In this document: positions 18,936 to 30,822 of the stretch, in pieces
Layout: the number at the start of each line of letters is the position of its first letter
How positions within the stretch are numbered: the first letter of the stretch is position 1
Origin: Wallemia ichthyophaga EXF-994
Taxonomy: Eukaryota; Fungi; Basidiomycota
NCBI RefSeq assembly: GCF_000400465.1
Contig: NW_008806280.1
Span: 90,001-122,000, forward strand
DNA length: 32,000 nt
Direction: 5' to 3'
Program-made: the position numbers and the translations under genes
The notes under the pieces: model-generated
Told to the model about the DNA's origin: nothing
The model's database searches: none
The model's input: only the letters and a program-made list of their open reading frames with translations

Positions 18936-21299
18936 TTACATAGCCTGTCGACGTGACGTCATTTCTATCGACTGTATCACATCACCTGCTTTCATATCCT
19001 GAAAGTTTTCAAATCCCAATCCACACTCTAATCCTTTACCTGCGTGGTTGATATCCTTCTTGTGATGTTTGAAAGTATCCAATCTACCCGTATACACTGT
19101 CTCACCACCTCTGATCACTCTCACACTCCCCTGTCTTGTGATATTTCCATTCCCTACTCTGACTCCAGCCACCCGCTTGAATGTACGACCTTTGACGTTG
19201 ATATCGAACAACTCCACCACGCTAGCCTCACCCAGTACTCTCATTTCCGTTATCGGTGGGAGTAGTTCACTGACGCGTACCTTCATTTGATCTAGCAATC
19301 GGTATATTACCCCATCCACCGTCAGCTGTACATTCGACATGGCTGCTGTGTTCATTATACTGCGTGTGGCTTTAACGTTGAATCCTACGATAGATGCTGA
19401 TGTGTGTGTTAACATTTCTACCTCGTTTCAATGACGCTAGCGATAACAATAACGCTAACACTCCAACCCACCTTCACCTGCCACTGCTCGCGTTATATCC
19501 GAATCACTTATATCACCCACCCCACTCGCAACGACTTTGACACGCGCGTGTTCGTTGCCGATATCTTCCAACGCCGCTACGAATGCCTCCACTGTGCCGC
19601 TGACGTCACCCTTGACAACGACATTGAGGTATTTAGTGGGTGTTTGTGCAGTATCTTGGGCGTTCTCCGCGTTATCATCGTGGCTAATTCCATGGGTGGT
19701 TTCGTTAGCATTCTCTCTCAGCTCACGATGAGCGAGGCGCTTATCGTTGATAACCTCGAGCTCGGCCATAGTTTTGAGGCGGTGCATAGCATCCACACGA
19801 TTAGATACAGCCCGTTTAGCCTCATCTTCGCCGGTAGCTTCGAGGACCTCATCGCCCGCTTTAGGCAGGTCCTTCCACCCAGCGACGACAACGGGAAGGC
19901 CAACCTGAGCGCTCTTGACAGTTTCCCTCTTATCGCTCTCCATCTGTCTCACTTTACACCACGTCGCGCCACCCACAACGCACGCGCCTGCTTGGAGTAC
20001 GCCACGCGTGACGAGCACAGTAGCGAGATTACCCCGCCCTTTATCGACGCGGCTCTCCAACACCACACCGTGAGCGCGGCCCGTCATCTCCGAACGCAAA
20101 TCCTGCATTTCGCTCAGTGCGGCAATCGTATCAGTCAGCTCGGCCATTCCACGCCCACTGCGAGCTGATACTAACACGGCTGGCGTCTCGCCACCGAACT
20201 CCTCCAGCGTGACTCCATTCGCGAGGAGATCATACTTGATCGCTGTCGTATCTACACCTGCCTTGTCGCATTTGGTGATGGCTACGATCACACCGAGGTT
20301 GGAGCGCGTGCATAACTCAATCACCTCCTTTGTCTGCGGCATCACTCCGTCGTCCGCGGCTACCACAACCACCGCTATGTCCGTCACACTCGCACCGCGT
20401 GCGCGCATGTTTGTAAAAGCTGCATGGCCAGGTGTATCGAGGAAAGTGATGCTGTTGGGTGAGTCTGTTGTCGGTGTGGTGGTGCTGCCACTACTGCCGC
20501 TGCTGTTCGTGTTGGTGCTCAAGCTCGACACAGCCACGGAAAAGGCACCTATGTGCTGGGTAATGCCACCCGCTTCCGAGGGTGCAACAGCTGCAGATCT
20601 GAGCCTATCGAGCAGGGTAGTCTTGCCGTGATCTACGTGACCCATAATAGTGACGACGGGTGGACGCAGAGGGAGAGAGTCGGGTTCAGAATGTGGTGGG
20701 GAAGGGTACAGGTCGAATGCCCTCTCCTCATTCTGCACAGGTTCCAAACCACACTCCATAGCGAGGAGAGACGCGTCTTCAGATACGAGCACCCTGTCGT
20801 ATTGCATATTGTCCAGCCCGGAATGTATCATTATCCGCTGTAGCTTGTCGAGGCGCATGTTGAATAGCCTGCTTAGGTTCGCTACGGATATGAATGCTGG
20901 GATGAATACTTGACGTTTGGCGGGTGCTGGTGCTTTATTGGGTGGTTTGGATGTGTTCTTCTTCTCCTTGGACTTGGTCGGCGCGTGTGCTGCCTGCTTC
21001 GACTTTGTCTTCTTCCAAGCCGATGGGTCTACATCGCCACTCAGCAGCGAACTCCTGCCGGATTTCTTCTTGTTCGCTGGTATTGGTTGGGTTTTGGTTT
21101 GTGGAGAGGTGGTATTGGGATTGCTAGTGGGATTACTAGTAGGATTACTAGTAGCCTTGCGAGTGTCCTTGCCATTGGCCTTGCTTGTAACCTCAGGAAC
21201 TTTGAAATCAACCGGCCTAGCCCATTTATTGTGGAAAATAGAAGCTGTGTTTATATTTCTATGGCTATTTACCAGCACTCTCCTTCGCAGCACCCACAT
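18936..21299 (-). CDS. IFM1: Mitochondrial translation initiation factor IF-2
   Basis: Arg-rich presequence MWVLRRRVL, then RPPVVTIMGHVDHGKTTLLD, GGITQHIGAF, FLDTPGHAAF, TKCD and KGDVSGTVEA. Intron 19397-19471 leads to ASIVGFNVK, and the C-terminus contains GLECGL. Confidence 0.95.
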
Positions 21300-21331
21300 G
21301 ACGGTCACAGACAAAGAGATTAAATTTACAC

Positions 21332-22809
21332 TTAAGACATTGTAACATCTACAATTATCGTAGCCAAACCGAGTATTATCTCAACCACTATCAGCCATAT
21401 CACGATCCTCTCGAGTCCTTCTGAGTGTCTGCTATACACGCTCTCTTTGAGCAGCCTGAGCAGATCCTGGAGAACTACAACACGCGTTATTTTGGTTATA
21501 CTTGTTGATATATATATTCACCCACCTTCCACTCGCGCATTCAACAGATCTATCCTCTGCCTCACCTCCAGATACTGCCTGAACGCAAGGTACAGCGGCT
21601 CTAGATCGGGATATGTCCAGAACAGCTCTGGACTATCCAAAACTGATCCAACCACGTTGATATTCATCCGCAGTATGAATAATTGTCCCTGTATTCTCAC
21701 TTAGTATTCCCTCATGAAAATATTCAAAACACCCTCACTATCTGCATCATTATCACTTTCCTAGGCATACCTATCTTTCCCGACGCTGCAATGTCCTGTG
21801 GTATATCCTTTGTCTGTTCAATTGTCGCCGATATCAGTTCCTCGAAGAGTGATATTTTCACGCTCTGTGCTAGTGCATGAGACAGTGCCAATTTGGTCCT
21901 ACAGATTGTTAAAAGGTTTATTTAGCAACTTGAGACCCACATAAATGATGATCCACGTAGCAAGGCAATCACATCATGGAAAATACGCGTATAATCGGCG
22001 TAGTAGAAGTTGAGATCCTCCATCTCGACATCCTCAGCAGCCAGTTTATCCACCTCGAAGCGTTTCAGCATAGAAAGTACTCGCCTCTCCATCGCCTCCT
22101 CCATGCCCCACATGACGACGACGCCCGTCTCGGAAAAGAAGAAGACGTCTGGGGTGTGTGCGCCGAGTTGGAAGCGCTGATAACGCGATGTTTTCCGATC
22201 GACGAGTTCTGGCACGCCGAGCAAGTCGGCTTCTGCGTCAGTGTGTGAGTGTGAGTGCGTGCTTGCGTTTGCGTGGGTGTGAGGCACGTAAGGCGTGTAA
22301 ATCACGTCATCGAACACTCTGGGATCGGTAGCGTGAGTGTATCGTCTAGATTCGAGATGTTTGAGTAGTTCTGGCTGACGATATGAGCTAGCAGTGCAAT
22401 AAGCCGTGACGCCTGCATTGGGATATTGTGAGCAAAGATGCGCAACTCTCTCCACCATATTCTACGTACGCGGCAACCTCTCTTTCTCCTTCTTGGTGAG
22501 CAGTCTCGCGTCTTTGCGCGGTGCACCTGCAGGTATCCTCGCTATCTGCTGGTAGACCTCGGGGGCAGGCGTGGCCAAGTCGTCGTCATCGTAGTTGTCC
22601 TCCTCCTCGTCATCCTCCTCATCGTCGTCGTCGTTGTCCTCCGAGTGCCTCTCGCCGTGTCCTGCCCCGCCCAGCTTCAACGACGGCTCCTCGGGCAGCA
22701 CTTTAAGCTTCTGCGACGCTTTCGTCGTCCGCTTCGCCCGCGCTTCCTGGGTCTTGGCGCCAGAGAAATGCTGGGGAAGACTTAGCTTGCGTGTGTTTGT
22801 CGGTGCCAT
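21332..22809 (-). CDS. RMD1: Rmd1/Sif2 family (DUF155) protein with C-terminal transmembrane segment, 4 introns
   Basis: Segments RLPRVTAYCTASSY, GVVVMWG, EDLNFYY, SHALAQSVKISLFE, LFILRMNINVVGSVLDSPE.FW, YLEVRQRIDLLNAR and HSEGLERIVIWLIVVEI. ATG at 22809, stop at 21332. Confidence 0.9.
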
Positions 22810-22847
22810 TTTGCGTTGGTGGTGATGGTGGTTGCGTCAGAACAACG

Positions 22848-24045
22848 ATGAGCGGATTATCGAGGATTCCACTGGAAAATCAACCACACGACTGCGTATT
22901 CTCGCCCAACTCGGATAACGTCTACGTCGGTCTCCTCACTGGGGAAATCAAGGGGTTCAGCTATACGGAACAAGGTTACGAGAGGAAACTGCGAGTGAGG
23001 CCGAGCAAGAAAAGCTGTCGTGGATTGGATGTGAGTGGAGACGGGAACACGCTCTACGCAGTCTCTAAGGATGGGTCGATGAGGTGGGTGTGTGTCGGTG
23101 GAAGCGAGAAGACACGACTTACACCGGCATTTCAGTCACATAGACGCAATCACCGGACAGACAGCCGCACACACGCAGAAGGCACACGGCGAGCCCATCA
23201 GTAGGGTCAAACTGACCATGCCAAACCTCCTCGCTACTGGCGACGACGAAGGCGTAGTGAAGCTATGGGACACGCGCAAACCCGAGCCACTGCGAGCATA
23301 CACGCACCACTTCGACTATATCTCAGATTTCCACTATGAAGATGCTGATAGAAAACTACTCTCTTCTTCAGCTGATGGAACACTGAGCGTTATTGACGTG
23401 CGCAATAACAAACCAGAGCCTGTGGGGCATAGCGAGGATCAGGAGGATGAGCTGCTCTCTATTGCCCCACTCGCAGGTACATCCAAGTACGCCGTCGGTA
23501 CACAGCTGGGTGTCCTCTCCATATTTAATAGCAAGCAGGGCTGGGGAGACTGTGTGGATCGGATACCAGGTCATCCTCAGTCTATTGACGCTCTCGTTAG
23601 CTTGGGCCAGTCTATTCTTGCTACTGGCTCGTCTGATGGTCTAATTCGCGTCATGAGCGTCTTGCCAACCAAATTCATGGGCGTTATTGGCGATCATGGA
23701 GAGTTTCCAATCGAGAGAATGAAACTTAGCGGCGATGGCAAGTGGCTCGCGTCCATGTCGCATAATGAAGAACTCATGATGACTAGAGTCGATGATATGT
23801 TTGAGGATAGCGATGGTGAGGATGACAAGGAGGATATGGAGGGAGTAGAGGGTGTTCAGAGTGGTGAAGATGCTGAAGATGCTGAGGATGCTGAGAACAC
23901 AGCCACCGCTACAGCCACCGCACCAGACTCAGACTCAGATTCAGACTCAGACACCCCACAACAACCACAGCCGATCAAGAAGAGCAAGAAGAGCAAGCAG
24001 AATAAGCAATTTATACAAGATGAAGACTTTTTCGATGGATTGTAA
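22848..24045 (+). CDS. JIP5: WD40 protein Jip5/WDR55 (60S biogenesis)
   Basis: Motifs GLLTGEIK, KKSCRGL, ATGDDEGVVKLWD, HFDYISDF, SEDQEDELLS, CVDRIPGHP and GSSDGLIR, with an acidic/basic tail. Intron 23084-23135. Confidence 0.9.
23924..23952 (+). repeat. (CAGACT)n repeat encoding a DS run in the JIP5 tail
   Basis: About five near-perfect hexamers. Confidence 0.85.
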
Positions 24046-24080
24046 ATTTTCACTCTGTATCAGATGTATTATTGAGAAAT

Positions 24081-24176
24081 ACGCGTAGAAATGGACATAT
24101 AAATGCACATACACATAGTACATGGAGTGACGCGTCTTTAATACAGATTCTTTTGATAGCTCATCTCACCACGCGT
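24081..24176. promoter_or_regulatory. Three MluI cell-cycle boxes (ACGCGT) upstream of MCM7
   Basis: ACGCGT at 24081-24086, 24130-24135 and 24171-24176, the last followed by CTCGCGAA. Confidence 0.65.
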
Positions 24177-24209
24177 CTCGCGAATACCATCATCATCACC
24201 GATAACGCC

Positions 24210-26644
24210 ATGGCAACGAACCAGCCACAGATAAACATAAGCTATGATGATGAACAGAGTGAGTATGGCGTGTGTGTTATATCCCCTCTTATCACTGTCC
24301 CCAGATAAGGCAGAGGATTTCCTTGGGAAGCACAAAGCAAATGAGCGCGAGCAATCTGACGCGACGCTATTGGCTGGGATGGAAGATGTGAACATGTATG
24401 GTTCAAGCACAGCCAATCCGGGCAATCCACCCAGCGGTCTCAAATACATGGATCAGCTCGTGCGTCTTGGGCGTACACGCGCACCACTCTAACACACCCA
24501 CAGCAACGGATTTCAAACAGACTACAAGAGGAGCTCGTCATTGATCTTGAGGACGTGGCTAGTGTGAGTATTCGCCTTTCACCGCCCGCTCCACTCACTC
24601 TCAGCAGCACCAAGGCGGCCCCAGCCTCGTACATAGCATCACAAACAACACGCGCCGCTACATTGACATTTTCAGTAAAGCGGTCGACAAGCTTATGCCG
24701 CAGCCTACGCTCGACATTTCCAGCAAAGACGACGTTCTCGACACTATCGCCCACCAGCGTCGCCAGAAGCAGTCGGAGAATGAAGAATCTGGCATGCAGG
24801 GTTTCCCTGAGCAGATTATGCGTCGCTACAACCTCTACTTCAAGCCACGCAACGCTGCCCCTCTTCTCGCCGTGCGCACCATCCGCGGTGCAGACGTCGG
24901 TAAATTGGTAACCGTTAAGGCGATAGTGACGCGCGTATCGGAAGTGAAGCCATGCCTCAAGTTCAACGCATACACCTGCGACGCGTGTGGACATGAGATT
25001 TTCCAAGAAATCACCTCGAGACAATTCACTCCGATCACCGACTGTGTGTCTTCTGACTGCCAGATCAACCAGACGAAGGGATCGCTACATCAACAAACAC
25101 GTGCATGTCGCTTCATGGCGTTCCAAGAAGTCAAGGTGCAGGAAATGGCAGAACAGGTCCCTGTCGGACATATACCGCGCACAATGACCATTCATATGTA
25201 TGGGAATCTCGCTCGCACCGTTAATCCAGGTGACGTTTGCCATATCGCTGGTATTTTCCTTCCTCAGCCTTACACAGGCTTTAGGGCTATACGCGCTGGT
25301 CTCCTCCAAGACACTTACCTCGAGGCGCAGTATGTCCACCAGCTCAAAAAGCAGTACGACGAAATGGAATTGACCCCCGAGATCGAGGAAAAGATTGCTG
25401 AACTCACCCAGGATCCTTCCCTCTATTCCAAGCTTGCCAATTCGATAGCTCCAGAAATATACGGCCACGACGACGTAAAAAAAGCTCTGCTCTTGCTGCT
25501 CGTTGGTGGTGTAACTAAGGGGATGGGAGACGGGATGAAAATACGTGGAGACATTAATGTGTGTCTGATGGGTGATCCAGGTGTAGCCAAGTCGCAGCTC
25601 CTCAAGTACATATCCAAGATAGCACCTCGCGGGGTGTACACAACGGGACGCGGTTCCTCTGGAGTAGGATTGACAGCGGCGGTGATGCGCGACCCCGTCA
25701 CCGACGAGATGGTTCTTGAAGGCGGTGCACTCGTCCTAGCCGACAATGGTATCTGCTGCATCGATGAGTTCGACAAGATGGAAGAGATGGATCGTACAGC
25801 CATCCACGAAGTGATGGAGCAACAAACTATATCTATCTCAAAAGCAGGCATCACGACTACCCTTAACGCCCGCACATCAATCCTCGCAGCTGCCAACCCA
25901 CTCCTCGGACGTTACAACCCCAAGATATCCCCCGTAGACAACATCAACTTGCCCGCTGCACTGCTATCGCGTTTCGACATACTCTTCCTCATGCTCGACT
26001 CACCCAGTCGCGAGGCGGACGAGCGACTCGCGCAGCATGTCACCTACGTGCACATGCACAACCAGCATCCACAAATAGAACATGAGCCTGTAGATCCGGT
26101 GATAATGAGGCATTACATCGCTCTCGCTCGTCAGAAACGTCCTGTCGTACCCCAGGCGGTGGCTGAGTATCTCACCGGCACTTACGTTCAGTTGCGCAAG
26201 GCGCAGAAGGAGGATGAGTCCGGTTTTACTTACACCTCAGCACGTACCCTCCTTGGCGTTCTTCGTCTCTCACAGGCCCTCGCTAGGTTGCGCTTTGCTG
26301 ACGTCGTTGAGCCCGCTGATGTGGACGAGGCGCTTCGTTTACTAGACGTTTCCAAAGCCTCCCTTTACGATAGTAAGGATGGAAATCGTGCAGAGAATGA
26401 TATGTCGGCTACTTCTAAAATCTGGCGCATTATTCGCGATCTTAGACGCATTAATGCCGCTGGTAGAGAGGGCGATGGTGACGATGACCTCCTTCAACTT
26501 AATCTCCGCCAGGTTAGAGATAGAGTGCTAGCTAAGGGCTTTACAGAGGATGCGCTTATGGATACTATCAACGAGTATGAACGTCTCGATATCATTCAAA
26601 GAGTCGCTGGCGGTACTCAGATACGCTTCGTCGATGAATTGTAG
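24210..26644 (+). CDS. MCM7: DNA replication licensing factor Mcm7
   Basis: Three short 5' introns (first at 24259-24304). Zn finger CDACG...C...[12 protein letters not shown], Walker [19 protein letters not shown] and arginine finger SRFD. Confidence 0.97.
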
Positions 26645-26748
26645 GAGCGCTTTGCTTCGGTGTTGTTGTAGTCATAGTTCTTGTCACAGTCACTCTGATT
26701 CGTCCAATGTAATATAAGTTATATAAATTAATCAAATTAATCTTATGT

Positions 26749-28119
26749 CTATAGAGATGACTGTGTTGAATTTTTTTGGTGTGTCAGATGGGCCACTACG
26801 ATGGCATTCTTGGCAGCAGATGACGGCAATTTCTCCCATCTACCCATGCGAGGTTCTTGAGCTGTAGCGGCAACGAGGACGAGCTGATCCTTCTCCTGCT
26901 CTTCCTGAACGAGCTGAATGGAGTTGACGAATCCTTTAGCGTCGATTTCTGCGAGTTTAGAGAAAGCCTTAAGATTCGCATCTATCCTCCATAGCCTAAT
27001 ATAGCCATCGCTGGACCCACTAGCAAAGAGATCCGAGTAGGGAAATGCAGCGAGCGCAGTGATTCCTCTGGGCTGCTTGATGACGCCCTCAGTCTCCGAG
27101 TGGTGGTGGTGCACGCCGTGTGCGAGATAGCTAGTGTAGATAGCTTTCTTCTTACCAATGTTCCACAAACTGATGAATCCTGAGTCACCACCAGTCAGGA
27201 AATGTTGCTCGTCGATCATGGCACACACGTCGAGACTGCCCTCCACGAAACCGGCTTGCTTGCCACGACGAATGGGCTCGCCGTCAACATCCATGCCCTG
27301 AGCATCGAAGTCAAGAGCACCGTCTATCATGTCGCGTATCTTAGATCTGCCACCACCTCTAAAGACTAATTGAGACTCGTCTACTACTTTCCAGTAACGC
27401 GCAGATTTGTCGCGACATCCAACACTCAGCGCCAGGTCAGACCTGAGTACGTCGACTGAGTAGATGGAGTCTTGGTGTCCGAAGAGTGTCTCTACGTAGG
27501 ATGGAGGGTCTGGTGGGCTAGGAGGGAAAGAGTAAATTTTGATGGATCTGTCTAAACTGGCAGCGAAGAGCGCAGTGGGGGTTGATTTTCTAAAGGATAA
27601 CGAGGTAATCGAGTCTTTGAAGCCAGGAATAGTGGTAATTAGGGAGAAAGGGGATGTTTGGGTGTTGTAAATGTCGATAGTGTTGATTGAGGTACCAACA
27701 GCGAGCCAATTGAAATCAGGGGAAGTTGCTAAGCATAAGGGGTGCCTAGTGGGTAATCTGTGCCTGTCCTTTGAGTTTAAGGGCTGCGTGTATAGATTAT
27801 TATCCTTTGCGCTGAATACTAGGATTGGTGTGGTAGAAGTAAATGAAATGATAGCGTGAGTGAGTGGTGATTTGTGCTTAATAGATCTAACTGTCTTAAT
27901 ATTTAAATTGGCTGATATAAATTTATTCATTTTGTTGCTCTTTTCGAGTAAATTGGATTCCAACGTCGTCTCGACATCCTCGCCGTCTAAACCACTCAAA
28001 TACTCCTTTGCGAGCTTAATTCTCTTATTCTGTACATCTCCCTCATCTTCGCTACTCGACGAGTACACTTCTTCTTCTCTCTCTCTCTCGCTTTCACTCC
28101 CACTCGATACGGAAGACAT
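26749..28119 (-). CDS. RRP9: U3 snoRNP protein Rrp9 (U3-55K, WD40), intronless
   Basis: Motifs KRIKLAKEYL, YVETLFGHQD, RDKSARYWKVVDESQLVFRGG, FLTGGDSG.ISLW, DLFASGSSDG and QEPRMGRW. First ATG at 28119. Confidence 0.95.
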   Translation of the reverse strand: MSSVSSGSESEREREEEVYSSSSEDEGDVQNKRIKLAKEYLSGLDGEDVETTLESNLLEKSNKMNKFISANLNIKTVRSIKHKSPLTHAIISFTSTTPILVFSAKDNNLYTQPLNSKDRHRLPTRHPLCLATSPDFNWLAVGTSINTIDIYNTQTSPFSLITTIPGFKDSITSLSFRKSTPTALFAASLDRSIKIYSFPPSPPDPPSYVETLFGHQDSIYSVDVLRSDLALSVGCRDKSARYWKVVDESQLVFRGGGRSKIRDMIDGALDFDAQGMDVDGEPIRRGKQAGFVEGSLDVCAMIDEQHFLTGGDSGFISLWNIGKKKAIYTSYLAHGVHHHHSETEGVIKQPRGITALAAFPYSDLFASGSSDGYIRLWRIDANLKAFSKLAEIDAKGFVNSIQLVQEEQEKDQLVLVAATAQEPRMGRWEKLPSSAAKNAIVVAHLTHQKNSTQSSL

Positions 28120-30401
28120 GATGGATTGCGTCCTAGATGCGTATAAACGTGAAATATCAATCGAGTTGAATGAAATTAAAAATAATTTTATATTCAAAAT
28201 AAACGTTGATCTAGCCAGCTACTCGCTGTCGTACTCTTCTAAGCTGCTCATCTCGCTATCCACCACCCACAAACACGTTTTTAAGTACGCTTTTCCTCCT
28301 TGATCCTATACTCCCATCATTTAACATGAATTAATCAGAAATGGCGATCTCGCTGCTATCGTCGACACAAAGAACGCCGAGCTATTTCGAGGTGTTGTTT
28401 ACTCTTCCACAACTGACAATATTACCATCTCCATCGACAGAGATGAGCTCGATCTCCCTTCTCCAATCTACCTCGTAAAGCTTCAAGATGAATCCACCTA
28501 TAACAGGCTGCTACACACTATTTCCATCTACCAGAAAATCTTCACTTCAAACACCCAATCTCCCTTAATCAACACTATCTTTGGCCTGTCCAAGCCTACA
28601 TTTTGCCAGACTCCACCTGCGCTCTACCTCGACAAGTCACTCAACGATTCTCAAAAGCGCGCCGTCGATCGGTGCATCTCTGCCGATCATCTATCCCTTA
28701 TCCACGGCCCGCCAGGAACTGGAAAGTCGTACACGCTAATCGAAATTATTCGTCAGCTAATAACTCAAAATAAGCGCATTTTAGTTTGCGGTGCTTCCAA
28801 TTTGGCTGTAGACAACATCCTCGAGCGCCTCTCCGCACACAACATCCCCGTCACCAGACTCGGTCACCCCGCACGCATCCTGCACTCTCTCCAACCACAC
28901 ACCCTCGAGTATCAGACCTCCCACTCGCACCAGAATGATATCGTCAATGACGTCAAGAAGGAGCTCGAGGACTTGATGAAAGACTTAAAAGACGGCCGTA
29001 TTAAAGGCAAGCTCAAGCGGAAGAATGCGTGGAATGAAGTTAGGGAATTGAGGAAGGAGCATCGCAAGCGATCTGCTGGGGTGCTCAACAACCTCATCAC
29101 TCGCGCTCAAGTAGTACTGTGTACCCTGCACGGCGCAGGCGGACGTCAGCTGCACAACAAACATTTTGATGTGTGTATCATAGACGAGTCCACACAGGCA
29201 CTTGAACCTAGCTGTCTTATCCCTGTCCTCAAAGCCAATAAACTGATTCTAGTGAGTTTAAAACACTTTGCGGATGAGTTGAAATTTGACCTTGCTATTT
29301 AGGCAGGCGACCCCCTCCAGCTACCACCCACCGTACTCGCCCAGCCGGGCAAGAAGAAGAAGGAGGTACCCAAGATAATACCCAAAGATGGCGCGAAGAA
29401 GGCAGAGGAGGGTGCCAATGGGGGAAAAGATACACAAGAAGCAACTGCAGCACTCTCCAAAACATCAATCAGTAGCCATTCTCCACCCACCCAACCTACC
29501 CTTAAACCACTAGCCTCGCTCAACCAAACCCTCTTCGAACGGTTAGTCGGAATACACGGCAACAGGATCAAGACGCTACTCAGCGAGCAATACCGCATGA
29601 ACGATCTTATAATGCGCTACCCGTCCGAATCAATGTATGGGGGAGCGTTGACTGCACACTCGTCAGTATCGCACCATACGTTGCTCGATCTGCCCAGTGT
29701 ACAAGCGCACGAAGGAGCGCATGACGAAATAGAGCTCAATTCACCCCTCGTCCTTTTAGACACCGATGGTCTAGACTACATGGAGCGCGTCGACTCGGAG
29801 GAGATGAAGAAGGGCGAGGAGGAGGGCAGCAAGTACAACGAAAATGAGGTCGAAGTGGTGCGCGAAAAGGTTGGACAGCTCGTCAGTCAAGGTGTCCTCG
29901 ATACCCAGATCGCCATCATCACCCCTTATCAAGCTCAAGTGGGACATCTCAAAAACGCTCTGAGAGGTACATACCCCGGTTGCGAGATCGGCAGTGTCGA
30001 TGGCGTACAGGGACGCGAGGAGGAAGTAGTGATCATGTCGCTTGTGCGCTCGAATGATGCAGTGGGTGTCTAACGCTTTGTGCTTTTAGTTAGTTGATCA
30101 CCGCTCACTACTCTCTTTTTTCTTTTAGGGCGAAGTAGGCTTTTTGAAGGAGGAACGCAGGTTGAATGTGGCTATGACCAGAGCTAAAAGGCAGCTGGTG
30201 GGTGTTTTGATTTTTTTTTTCATTTGGCCGGGTGCTGATTTTGCATTGCAGATTGTCGTCGGGAATAGCGCAACTATCAGACGCGGGAGCACATACCTGA
30301 AGAAGTGAGTTTGTTGAGGTTTTGATTTGTGTTTAGCTTATCACACGCGCAGGTGGATGGACTTTTTGGAAGAGCACGCTGATATTCAGGTGCCTGAGTA
30401 A
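28118..30401 (+). CDS. HCS1: SF1 DNA/RNA helicase Hcs1/IGHMBP2 (SMUBP-2), 5 introns
   Basis: Motifs IHGPPGTGKS, ASNLAVDN, IDESTQ, GDPLQLPPT, QYRMN, ITPYQAQV, SVDGVQGRE and RRLNVAMTRAKR. Intron 28285-28338 joins THKHVFK to NGDLA. Start at ATG 28118 or 28121. Confidence 0.92.
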
Positions 30402-30515
30402 TTTTTCTTTGTAGATGACGAGATAAGCAAATGAGTAGATAAATAGACTTTTTTGCGTGCTCCTATCTGATTGGCTGAGAGTGTGATGATTTGAAAGAAG
30501 ATGAATTGGATGCAA

Positions 30516-30623
30516 TTGTTTACATGGGTGTTTTAAGCGTACCCGCGTGTGCTACTTTCCTCTTACGCCGCAACCGCAGATCTGGATAGGTGCACACCAC
30601 CGCGCACACAAATAAAGACGCGT
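30516..30623. promoter_or_regulatory. Forkhead site (TTGTTTAC) and MCB (ACGCGT) upstream of the polo kinase
   Basis: TTGTTTAC at 30516-30523 is the reverse complement of GTAAACAA. ACGCGT at 30618-30623. Confidence 0.45.
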
Positions 30624-30822
30624 AATTTCAGAGCTAAGGAGCCTTTAAATGCTTCAGCCCCACTTCAGCATCGTATTTACACCTCAAACGCCAACGAAAA
30701 AGAAATAAATTCCTCATCAAGCTGATTTTGACGCGCCTGGGATCTCTCACCCGAACGACGACGACGATCGATTAAGCGGGATATTAAAGGATTTCTAAAG
30801 CATACAGCACAGCGAAAACGTC

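Noticed and set aside
19397-19471. Possible 15-nt microexon inside the 75-nt IF2 intron (AG...GT flanks)
   Set aside because: The flanking introns would be only about 25-35 nt, and the single-intron model already restores the conserved ASIVGFNVK.
19431-20168. 245-aa plus-strand ORF antisense to mitochondrial IF2
   Set aside because: It lies entirely opposite a highly conserved CDS with no recognisable motifs, and is best explained as an antisense shadow of codon bias.
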